A DNA stretch of 64,000 bases from Zancudomyces culisetae HAW-14-8 (Eukaryota; Fungi; Kickxellomycota): contig JBNJNM010000009.1 of assembly GCA_052426225.1 (NCBI GenBank), positions 1,054,001-1,118,000 on the forward strand, read 5' to 3'. This document shows positions 1 to 11,991 of the stretch, piece after piece. The notes under the pieces are model-generated. The model did not search any database. It had not been told where the DNA came from and saw only the letters and a program-made list of their open reading frames with translations. A program made the translations under genes and the position numbers. How positions within the stretch are numbered: the stretch's first letter is position 1; the number at the start of each line of letters is the position of its first letter.

Positions 1-405
1 ACTCGAATTTGACCCATAAACAATCTGAACAATTGTTTTCAATAATGACATGGTACTTTATTGCTTTTCAGAAAGGAAATTGTATAAACAAAGGCCACCC
101 ACATCACCTGCCACCACTACCACTACCACTACCAACAGTGTTAATATGGACAAACAAACAAGCAAACGACTTGTATTTGGATCACAACCCGGTATGGTCT
201 TTTGGGTGAATTAACATCATTGGTATTATTATTAAAACAGGTTTACAATCAACAGCAAAAAAAAAAAGATAGCATACTAAAGTGTAATGTAGTATATGAT
301 GGTTATAATGTGCCATATAAAAGTACTCGAAAAAGAGATATACTATAAAATAGAAATAAAAATAAACGCGAGTGAGAAAAATAGGGTATGAGAGAAAATG
401 TGATG

Positions 406-929
406 TTAGAAGGGTAGAGATGGTTTGTTTTTGATAGTTTCTTTGAGCTTGTTGTCTTTCCATTCTGTAATCTTCTTTGGCATATCTTGAAGCGCTTTTT
501 CGACCTTTTCTTTCCTATAAATAATATTGTAAATTTTATGATAAGACTTGTTTCATAGCTACAATTAAAAGTGATATCTAACAAAATCTAATTGACGTTG
601 GGTGGGTTGAGTAAAGATGAAAAAGAAAAGTAAAAAACAAAATAAAAATACCTTTCCAAATAATCCCGCTGCTCTTTATGTCCTTTTGGTGGTTTACTTC
701 GAAGTGCTTTCTTCTCTTTTAGTGGTGGGAGGCCAAGAGTTACTACTGGATCTACATCATGGAGCAAACATGCTTTTCTCAAATCTGCCTGCCTCCTAAG
801 ACTAAACCTTGGACCTCTCCATTTTCCATTTACAAAAGTCGGAAAGAAATTGCTTTTATCGTTTACTTCTATTTTTGTGCCCGATAGGTATTTCAAGATC
901 TTGTATGAAAACTTTCTTTGTGTTGCCAT
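406..929 (-). CDS. MRPL25: Mitochondrial large-subunit ribosomal protein mL59 (Mrpl25), 2 exons (929-652, 514-406)
   Basis: Motifs GKWRGPRFSLRRQADLRK and KPPKGHK. A GT-AG intron at 651-515 joins to ...ALQDMPKKITEWK...KPSLPF*. Confidence 0.85.
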
Positions 930-1649
930 TTTTTTGGATTTGATTGTGTTTCGATTTAAAATTGTAGGATATTCGAATTTTTGTATTTATTTATTTTTGT
1001 TTGTTCCTTCAGTATACTTCGCTCCTTTGCCTCTAATTACTGGAAAGATGTAGAATAAATCGCTCTAGGTTCTATAGGCGCGTGAATGTAGAAAATCTAT
1101 AAAAGGAAATTGGAGAATTGCTTGTAAAGACTATATTCCTAATTCTCAAGTGATCAGAGTATATCAACCAAAGATAACCAAGTTAAATGTTTAAAGCCTG
1201 CTATTATTCCGCTTCGTTTTTTTTTCTTCAATGATGTTTTTAGTAAAGAATTGATTTGGCTTCTCACCCAATTAGCCAACAAATCGTTAGAGGATAAAAT
1301 TGATAAAAAAAATTTTTTTTCTGCCATTTTTGTGGTATGACTTCCAAAATTCTGCTTAGCTGGACCGGTATTATAATGGCAAAACGGTGGGAGATGTAGA
1401 ACAAGCTCTAGAGATCTATTTCTTTGCGTGCTATACACCAAGGAAGAAAAAAAAAGTAGATAAAAGGGATCTGGCATGTACTGGCACAAAGATGTTAGTT
1501 GGACCAATTCGGTCAAAGCAGTCAATAAGCAGATATTTTAATAGTATTATTTATTATAATTGTTTAGAGCATAGTAAATAAAGCAGATAATAAACACAAC
1601 ATATTGAATAGCTAAAAATTAAATAAAATAAACAGAGAAAAAAATAGGA

Positions 1650-3200
1650 TTAGTTGTTTTTTCCACGTTTGGCTCTAGTGGGAGACTCGGCAGAATTGCT
1701 AGCACTGGAGGTAGTTCGTTTATGAGAAGAACCCGCAGATTTTTTACCAGAACGTTTGGGTGTGATGACAACAGGTTCGGGCTTTGAAGGGGTAGAGGCA
1801 GGTTTTTCCACATTAGGAGTAGCAGTTTCGGTAGACTCATCCTCAGATGTCTCGCTGGAGGGATCCACACAGTGGCCAAAAATACGAAGACGGCTAACAG
1901 CACCATCTGGGTAGATGGTGAGTTTGACATGGGAAAAAGGTTCTTTGGGAAGAGATAGGACAAATTTATTTTGGGTATTTGGGTCCAGAGGTTTTTTGGA
2001 AAGAATTTGATACCAGAAACAGTTGGGATCGCTTTCAGGATTTGAAGACAAGGAGTTACAAGCCATAATACAAGCCTCTACAGGATGGTTTCCAATAAAG
2101 TTGTTTGTTTCAATAACGGCGTGGCTCAGTAGCCCAGCATCACCCAGCTTGATGATTGCTGATTCGCTGGGTTTTTCGGCAGCTCGGTTGCGTTTTGTGA
2201 TCCAGCCTTGTGTACCTTCTTCCTTTGAATACCCTGGTAGAATCAGGTTTTCCTTTTTGCCATATGTTTCGTCTGTCGCTGAAATCACAACAGCACCGTT
2301 AGTCACACATGCAAGATCGATTTCCTTGTTAACCTCCAGCGGTGGTGCAACTGTTCCCAAAACTCGCAGCCGGGAAATACCTCCATCAGGTACAATATAC
2401 ACCTTAATGTAATTATATACTGTCTCTGTCTCGTTCCATAATGCCAACTTGTGTACTCTATCTGCTTTCATCTCTACTAGCGGCAAAAGCGGCTCCCAAA
2501 TAAATGGCAACTCTCCCTTCTTTTTCTTTGGACTGCCAATTTCCGAGGGAACTAGACAACCGTCAATTCGTACTTTGCATGCTGTTTCTGCCCCCATATC
2601 TCGTGTATCAATGTAGAACCCTGCTATGGTTCCTGGACATCCAAGCTTTAAAATCACCCTATTTGCATCGTTGCGTCATTATTATCTCAATAATCTTTGT
2701 TTTTACATTCACCCTTCTCCTTGGATTCTTATCTTTTAAAGACTTACCAATCTTCGGTATCGTTGTGTCTTTTCGTAATCCATCCGTCTTTTTCGTAAAT
2801 TCCTCTCGTGCCTAGTTCGTTATATTTTAACATATTATATAAACTACACTTTTGGTAACAAAATATCCGGTTTTTTCGCCATATGCATTTGTATTTTTTC
2901 AAATTACCATCGTTTCCGCTAGGATCGTCACTCGCTATCAAATTTGCTGCTTCTCCAAAGGTCTCGTCACTGGCTGATACAACACTTCCTCCCACTTGTT
3001 TACTTGCAAGGTCTATTTTTTTTTACACGTTTTTGTTTTTGTTTTTGTTTTTTACTCTCATTTATCTTTGCCTTCTCGTCTCGCTAACATGAGCTTATTT
3101 ATCATCGCTTACCAATGTACCCTGACAAGGCGTGAATCTTTGCTTTACTATCCGGATCCGCATCGTAATAAACCGGAAAATTACTGACTGTGTTACCCAT
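1650..3200 (-). CDS. Allantoicase-family protein, 4 exons (3200-3113, 3012-2908, 2811-2748, 2658-1650), with degenerate motifs
   Basis: Two allantoicase repeats (DLAS..GGSVVSASDETFG, DGWITKRH, PDGGISRLRVLG; DLAC..GAVVISATDE, GNHP, YPDGAVSRLRIFG). Introns are GT-AG and phase-consistent. Confidence 0.85.
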
Positions 3201-5095
3201 GATTATCAAGTACAAAATATATGCGTATTATTTTTTTTTGCTCACTATACTATAGTATTATATCGTAAAAGCGTTTTATTGATTCTTTATTAAATCGTTA
3301 AAAATATTTTAGCTTTTCAAGAAAACTAAAACTGAAAAAAAGGAAAAATACAATCTTCACTGGTTTATGCAATGGTTGAAATGGCAAATTCTTTGTTTAC
3401 TATTCAATTTACTCCCCTCTTAAAAAAAAATAAGTTCATTTACGCTATTTTATTTGGCCTATATTTTTGCTTTTGTTTTTTCCTTTCTTTTGTAGTGGTA
3501 GATGTAAATCCAACCTATTTGCCGCACAAATTTTTTTATTTGGTTTAATTTGGTAACTGTTTTTGTATACTGTTCCTATTCACGTCTCACCTATCTGTAT
3601 AGAATTTTGATTGTTAAATCGTGTTACCCTTTACATAAATGTATTGGTGGTGCTTTTTCGAATCTATTGGGATTTTAAATTAAAATTTTCATTCTTTAGC
3701 CGCCCATTCGTATAATTAAAAAATATTATAATATTCTAATTTTTTTCGTAGATAAAAAGATTATAACGCTTTTTCCGCTACAAAATAATATCCGCCCAGT
3801 TCGTGTTTTCTTTTTCTTTGCATTGTTCTACCTTACTTTTGAACAATACAAGTGTAATATTTTTAGCACCATATCAGTAAAAGTATGTATTCTACTCTTC
3901 CTATAAGAGGGTCGCAATATGATCATCTGAAATGTAGCTTGACTCCAGTGCTCAATGCGTAAGATTTCAAAAATGTATTCTCGCTCATCATCTCACATTT
4001 CCACAATTCCTGGTGGATACTATCCTTCCATTTGTCATATTATTTTGTTCCTATGTAAAAGTAATGTCTAAACCTTAAACCTTATCTCTTCTTTTTTTTT
4101 TTGCTGCATTGTTATGTTGCTTGAGCTTCGTCTAGATAAAGTGCATTTTTCATCTTGTATTTCACATGATTTGCGCATCTACAATAAGTGATTCTCAACT
4201 ATGTGTTATTTAGCTTTTTGTGAAGAGTAATCTCCTATAAACCGGAAAATGCATTCCGATATAGCAACTTTTTTTTTCTTGTACACAAGAATGGTTGGTG
4301 TTCAGATTTATTACAAATACATTTTTCTTTATTTTATCTTTAATGTTTTTTGGAAGTTGTAATGGGTTGAGATATTTCTGGTAAACCTCGGCAATATTAC
4401 AATAGATCCTACATAAATACATGCCAACATGGGTACTTTTTATCTCTTATATCCCCTCCATTTGATATTAGCCACAAGAAAAAACAATGCAAATAAATAA
4501 ATATCAAGTGTGTCTGTTACACCATCTTTGCAAAACATAAACAAAATATTACATAATGTTTTATTTACATAACATACCCACCCAATTGCACAAATATATT
4601 TACCCACAACTTTTGTTATTCATCTTGATTAGTGACTCTTATTTATATTTTATTACAAAAAACAAAGTTCTAAAATCAAAAAAAATAGTAAAGTTCTTTC
4701 CAAAATCCAAGAATCCACCTACTTACACTAGATCAAGTCATCTCGTGACCAATATCCTTTGGAGGAAGGAGCAGGAGACATGTTGTAAAAAGAAATGGTG
4801 TACATTGATACACCGTTAACCATAAAGACATACACTTTATTTGGTTTTGTTGAACGTTGTTACGCTTAAATATATTGAAATACTTCTTGTGACAAGTGTA
4901 TGATTCACCAAAACTATAAAAAAGGCGTAGCATGTGATCTACTCTGGATTGTATCTATTTAAAGTAAAATATAGCACAATCCAACTTACAAACCTCTTCA
5001 ATGTATCCATTCAATTTTGTTTGCTTCACACATACATATACGCTTCTTTCATCAACTCGCTCATCGTACTTTACTAGCTACTATCAAATATACAT

Positions 5096-7035
5096 TCACT
5101 CCGAATCAAGAGTATCCAGCTCCCAAGACCATCCATCACCGACTCTCCGGCAGATACCATCGCTACAACTAGTGCTACAGCTACAGGTCACGCGCTTCAA
5201 CTTTTTCCAGACTGAACTGCTGATATTACTGGCATCGTAAAACACTCTACCCCATGTCTTTACAGAGCTCATAAAATCTAGAGCAAAAGCATCTTGTTGA
5301 TGTTGTGCAATCAACTGTTTGATTTTTACTTGGCCAATACTAACGGGTTCATCGTATCTATTATCGGCTTTGGAAATATAGACGTTGATGTTTGTGAGAT
5401 ATACAATCATGTTTATTGAAACATCCACAATATCGATGTATTCGTGTAGGTCTACCACCGAGTTTACTAGCATTGTTAGTTTTTCAATTATCTTTATATC
5501 ATATACCAATGCTTCCACAAACTGGGTTGGCGGAAATACTTTATTGATCCCCACCCAATCCTCCACATTATTATCTTTTTCATTGCTCTCATCTTTGGTT
5601 CCGTTCTCATCTCGTTTTTCCGCTGGTGTGGATTTCAAGTTTGTTGACGATTTTCTCATTTGTTTCTTCTTGAACTTTTCACATTTTACTAGTAGCTGGA
5701 ATAACAAAATTAAAATACGCTTCAGGACCAACATTACAATATCCATTGAAATAGTACCCTTATTCTCTTCATCAGACTCGAGCACTTGGCGATCAGTACT
5801 GGGAAAAGCATCCTTATTTTTGGAGTTTTTGGAATAGCCATCCGATCTCGCTGATCTTATGCTTGCAAGCCGCTGGTTTTCTTTTATTATTGGTTCAAGC
5901 AAATCAAGCAATATTTCGTACGCTCCAATTATTGTATAGTTTGCAAAAAGGTATTTGCTATTTAGCATTCCTTTTGATATTGCATGAATCAGTTTGGATT
6001 TCAGTTCAAAATTCTGAATCTTTTGGTCTATCAGCTGTGTGATCAAAATTTTTGGCCCGTTATGCTCCACAAACTACTTTTGCAAATATCATACATATTA
6101 TACACAGAAACGCAAAATTAAAAGAAAAGAAAAAGAGAGGGAGGGAAAAAAAAGAATTAAATAGAGCTATTGGTTGGAGGAGTAGGTTGGTATATGAACA
6201 TGTACTACATACCTGCTTTTCTAGTTCAATATCTTTTATCATCAACTCTGATACCACCCGCATTACAGCAATCCTTATAGGCTTATGCTTGGATTTCATC
6301 AACTTGAATAGTTTTGGCCATATGTTTAGTCTTTCTAAATCTATATTTTTAAAGCAATGCTACATTAGGTTTGCTCTTGCAATATTAAATACATGGGACA
6401 AAAATGCAAAATAGATTTAAACAGTGATAAATTAAAAAGTTTTTACAATAACAATCTTTGGAATCTTGTATGAGCTATTTAATATATTAATGATGATTAC
6501 AGAACTAGTGCAATATCATTTATACGTTCTTTTATCTTTTCATAATTACTTTTATTTAATTACATATCTATCTATCTATCTTTGATACACTTTTTTTTCC
6601 CACACATATATACTTACAACCGCAAGATTATTCAGCATTTTTACTCTTCCCATCAGTGGGTTTTTCGCATTCATTGCATACCTTTGACAATCTATTCGCA
6701 AAAAGCAATCGAATTAGTACCTTAGCTAGCATGTATACATATTGGCGATAATAATTTAAAAAAAGAACAGAGTATTAAAAGGTACATTCTACTTTGTTGG
6801 ATTCTGCGGATCCTAGTCGTCTTTCCAAAAGCTCTGGCTCCTAAATTTACAAAATAATACAAATACCAAGATTATATGGAATACAAACTATAATGACTCG
6901 ATCGGTTTTTTTTTTACTCACGGAAGGCTTGAGTTCATAGACACCATATTTGACCTGAGCATTCAGGTGCTGGTTTTCTCGTCTTTCCTCATCTTGTATA
7001 GCATTCATAGACCATAAATATAATTCCTCCATCAT
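5096..7035 (-). CDS. Divergent Fes1/HspBP1-like ARM protein, 6 exons (7035-6922, 6840-6786, 6691-6618, 6474-6447, 6340-6213, 6073-5096)
   Basis: Internal exon lengths of 55/74/28/128 nt and intron phases match the adjacent FES1. Segments align (MEELYLWS vs MEKLLNWA; LNIWPKL vs LGLWPRL; KLIHAIS vs KTIYAIS). Confidence 0.8.
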
Positions 7036-7389
7036 TCAAACTTGTTTTTTGATATCTAGACTTAGTGTTACAGCTCTGTAATATTTATTTTTTTGTTTTC
7101 AATTATTCTTATAAAATAAAAAGATACTTGGCGATATGATATCAAAGCTTACGCCTTTTTTCTCCAGCATCTATATCATTTCTCACAAACATCATTATTT
7201 ATATTGCCAACATAAAAACTGTCTACGCCCATGTTATTCATAACTGCTCAAATGTGTGAAATATCAAATATAACAAAAAAATATATATATAAAATAGCGG
7301 TAAACAATAACGCATAAATTTTCTATGCATAAACGGAGAAGGTTCTAAATAGCAAACTATTTACTCAACCATCCACTTTTAATAAGGTC

Positions 7390-8338
7390 CTAAAAGACTG
7401 AAGACAAAACCTCCCAATCACTCTCAGAAAGATCGATGCCCACCAATTCTTCACTTTTTTTCTTTAATTCTGAAATAAAATTGATGCCCTCTCGATCGTT
7501 TTTATTTACATTTTTTATATACTCGTTACATTCGGGAATTTTAGCCAAAAGCAGTATTAAATTTAGACAGTTGTCAAGCAATCCCGAATCGTAACCAATC
7601 TGATCAGTATTGGATTCAGGCAGCGATGTGATACTTACAACACTCAAAAGTAGAGTCTTGATCTTTGAATATAGTCCTAGCTCGCATAAGGCCAATGGAA
7701 ATTCAGTAGGAGGTCGGGCTTCTTTGGGAATTATCGCATCTTGTGATTCGTTTATCAAAGCAAACAATAAGAACAGAACCTTCTTGCTTATTTCAGTGGA
7801 GCTTGATTTACTTGCAGTAGAGCCTATCAATTCTACCAGTGTGTTTACACCCTTGTGATTAACAAACTGTACAAATCCTGCGTTATTGTTTCTAACATAT
7901 GATGAAATGGCGTATATGGTTTTTGTTTTCACTCGTTCTGATTGCTCTTTGCTTAAGTGATCCAACAGTTTCTCCAATCCATTGTCTTCGCCAAACTATT
8001 ATAAGTAAACAGAAATGAGTATGTTTTCTCAATTGTACTTTTCTTTTAGTTTATGTTTGTTAAACTATAAACCATATAAAAACTTCAACAAAAAAACAAT
8101 TCAAGGAAAAATTCGAATGATGAGTAGTTGGTGGCGTAATATATAGACATATATATATCTAAACTTACTCGTTTTTGTGCAGCTGGGTTGTGTTGAAGAG
8201 CAGTAGCCATAACCCATAGTGTGCCAAATCTTAGACCTTCGTTTTCGTTATCCAAAAATTTTAGCAATCTTGGCCATAATCCCAGCGGTCCTAAGTCTAT
8301 ACAAATATATTTTTAAATATCAAGGCTTGTGTTAGAAT

Positions 8339-8373
<35 letters not shown>

Positions 8374-9136
8374 ATGGGCACAAGTTTCAACTAATACCGA
8401 TAATAAAAAGACAAAGTACCTGCTGCTGCATCAATCTGTTCTACAAACTAATTCAATGTTTATAGTAACGTAAAAACCAGGTTAAAAAAATTCCACAAAA
8501 AATATCAATAACATAAACGTTATAAATTTCAAGAAATGAGAAGGGGGGAGGAGGGTATAAAAAATGGATAAATTGTGAGATAAAGGGTTAAAGTAGACTT
8601 ACCATCTCCAAGTTTTCAAATTCTATTTCTCTGTTTTCTACTGAGATTTCTTCATTTTCAATATATTCCATTGACTCTACAAGTTTGTAAAATGTCTCTT
8701 GTTTAGATAACCATGATAAGAATAGAAAGTATATATCCAAATGCAAGAAAATTCGACATGCTATTCAAGAATTTTTATTTTACCTAACATTTGAGTAGAC
8801 AAGGGTTTTCCAAGAATCATGTTCAAGATTTCGGGATCCTATTGACATATATTTTACAGTTTTTTTATTTATTTCTAGTTTCCATAACTACTTGTAGTTT
8901 TGGTAGAGTATGCAAATTAGAATTTCGAAATCCGACCAACAAGATTATATTTATGGAGTGGCTGGTTTAAGTATATAAAACGAGTAAAAAATGAAGAAAG
9001 GAGAGGGGGGGAGGCAATAAATTATACTTACAAATTTCTTTGGAACTAGATTTTTATCAGCGGAATCGGGTTGTTCGGGTGCATCTTCGCCCTTCGTGGC
9101 GGTATTGAGTATGGCCCAATTTAATAGTTTTTCCAT
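7390..9136 (-). CDS. FES1: Hsp70 nucleotide exchange factor Fes1, 6 exons (9136-9032, 8838-8784, 8676-8603, 8447-8420, 8296-8169, 7995-7390)
   Basis: Motifs MEKLLNWAILN, DPEILNMILG, FENLEMFVEQIDAA, WVMATALQHNPAAQ and KTIYAISSYVRNN. GT-AG introns keep the frame. Confidence 0.9.
8339..8374. repeat. (TA)n(TG)n compound microsatellite in a FES1 intron
   Basis: Read directly: tatatata...tgtgtgtg. Confidence 0.85.
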
Positions 9137-11296
9137 TTTTTGTTAGCTTTGTTTTGTTAGTTTTGTTCTGTTTTAGTTGTTAGTTTTATCTTGTTTTAAA
9201 AGTCAAAAAAAAGTGTTAAAGTAAAATGAGTGGAGTTTGAGTTTAAAAGTGTTTTAGTATATGTTGACGGAATAAAAAGTATTTAAAAGAGTAGAGGTGT
9301 GGCTAAAAAAAGAAAAAGAAAAAGCTTTAAAAAAAATTGAGTATATTATAAAAGATTTCTATTGATTTGTAATGAAAGTAAAGGTTTTGGTTTTTGGTTT
9401 TGGTTTTTGGTAGTCGGTTTTGCTTTACAAACTCTCGCATAAAAATTTGCGGGTTACACATTGATTTGTGGTTTGTACTTGCAAAATAAAAAAATTTTCA
9501 TTTTCTTTCTCATTTTGTTCTTAAAATGAGTTTCTGATATATTCTGGATTGATCTAGAAACCTTTCAGTACAATTCTTTAATTTTCCTTTTTTCCACAAC
9601 GAATAAAATTGGTTGAAGTTTGAAATTACTAATAAAATGATTTTACTTAAATAGTAACATGTGCCATGAAATCAAATGCTGTGGTGGGAAGCAGGGGTGT
9701 AGGGAAAACAGAATTAAAAAAAGTATCCTTCGAGTTATCAGGTAAACAAGTAGCCTGGAGGTAACTGGGGAAGGACAAAAAAAACAATTAACTACCATAT
9801 GATATCTGGACATTACAAAAAGTATTTACAGGAGGGGGGGGGTGAGGTTCAAATAAAAGTCGGACAAACATATAATAAGAATATGCTATGGCGTACAAGT
9901 GTACCTTTTTTGGGATGTTTATAATAAAGTATTGTTGCCATGTCAATATTTTTACAAGGTGTAGAAATTCACAGGTATAGAAAAATATATTTATTTTTTG
10001 TATAACACTATACCATGGTCTACAACACTGAAACTTCCACTCTAATAAAAAAAAATATGAAGATAAGAAAAAAAAGAAAGCAAACAAGAAAGGAAATCTA
10101 ATGAATATTTCATTTACTTTGCTGTAATGATTAATATTTAAAATATACCAAAAAAAAAGTTCTTTATCTTTATCTTTTTTCTTTTCCTTTTCCTTTTAGA
10201 GCGGGAGTAAGAAAAGAGGGGGGGGGAGGTGAAGGTTTATTTCCACGTTAATAAATGAGTGAAATGACCAACTTTCAAGTATTTTGTTCTATCTGTTATG
10301 CTGTTATCCAGTGCACAATCTTTATATATATATGTATATATATCAGAATTTCTTTTTTGGGATAAAAGAATGAATGGAGTATTGATGAATATAGATGGGT
10401 TGGGTTGATCATTACATTCAAACTAAATAAATATAAATATAAATATACTAAAAATAAAAAATAAAAAATAAAAAATAAAAAATAAAGCGATAAAAGTACA
10501 GTCAATATCATACAATTGAGAGAAATTTGCTGATGAGACAGTAAGATGTGCTAGTGTGTGTTTATGGCATGTGAATAATCACATGCTACAAATTAATTAC
10601 GCAAAAAGGATAATAATTGGTTTGTAACTGTGGTTGAGATTGTGATTGTGAAATTGTGGGATTGTTGAGCATTTGAGGAATATAAATAAAAAAGGGGAGG
10701 GATATATTGAGTAGGAGTGAAAAAAATAAAATAAAACGTATAAAAGACTGAAAAACGTGGTATCAGTAATGGCAATACGGGAAGAGAGGAAGGGTTGAAT
10801 ACTAAAAATGTTGCTAAAACCCATCCAACAAATTAATGGAATATATATACATATATATTTATAAAAGAGTGACCATTAGTGCTTTTTTATACTATGATTA
10901 ATTTGGAAAATGATGTAATAAAAAAGGCAAAAAGAAAAAAGAATAAGCAAAATGGTGACAAAATAAATGGAAATGGTTTTGGATCGTGTATTGCATTGCA
11001 TTGTATTGCATTTGGTAATAATGGGAATTCAAAAAAAATAATGAACAAGAGAGAGTTTATATAGCACAAGTATGAAAATGAAAATATAATTATGTATTAA
11101 ACCAAAAAAAAAGGAAATCAAATGTGTACAAGAAAAGGACAAATTTGTTTTTATAATTGTAGATGAAAATGGAAATAATTAAAAAGCATGAATAAAAAGA
11201 GTTAAAGAGAATGGATGATATGTTTTGGTGTGTAACCTTTATGCTCCTGGCCTACTGCTCTATTTTGGTATCTTTTCCCACACATAAATGTATTGA

Positions 11297-11331
11297 TACA
11301 TACATACATACATACATACATACATACATAC
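11297..11331. repeat. (TACA)n microsatellite
   Basis: About 8 tandem TACA units. Confidence 0.85.
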
Positions 11332-11991
11332 CACCTTTTTTTTTGTTTTGTTTTAAAAAAGTCGCAGAATATAATATAGTTAATACATTGTAATGTTAAG
11401 GGATATTGGTATTATGAATAATTAAATGAAATGAAAAAAAGGTTAATAAATAGGTGTGTAACAAGAAAAAGTTTTGGGTAAAAGTCAATATTTATATTAC
11501 GATTTGAGAGCAATAAAAAAAAGGGTGGGGAGAAAGGAAAAGAGAAGTGAGAAGAATAGGAGAAAAGAAGGGAAGAGGGGAAAAGGGTTTCGGAGTAAAG
11601 AAAAGAGGATAAAAAAAATAAAGAGCAAATAAAACACGAGTATGCTTGCAAAAGCTTATGCAAAAATTAATGCGATTCATAAAATTCCAGACAATATAAT
11701 AAACTGTTGGAGGAGGGAGAGGTGAGGGTATTATGTTGCATAATAAAATGGTGGGGATTGAGAGAAATGAAAGAAATGAAAAATGGAAATAAAAAAATAA
11801 GAGTTTTATAAAAGGATTAAACAGATACAATATACAATATATATATTTAACAAATTGAAAAAGTAAATGTTCTAGTATTTAATTTATAAATTTAATTTTA
11901 GACTTGAAATTAAAAAAGAAAAAAAGGAATTAGGAAAAAAAAGATAAAAAAAGGAAATAAATAGAGGCAGAAAGGAAGTAAGGAGAGAAAA

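Noticed and set aside
71-214. Possible terminal exon of a gene entering from the left (...KRLVFGSQPGMVFWVN*)
   Set aside because: Too little sequence to support or assign.
3900-4030. Minus-strand YPPGIVEM*DDEREYIFEIL, reminiscent of a Ty3/gypsy chromodomain
   Set aside because: Too short, and there are no flanking integrase, RT or LTR remnants.
6841-6866. Apparent 26-nt intron in the FES1 paralog
   Set aside because: The GTGAGT donor at 6921 matches the FES1 phase and alignment better.
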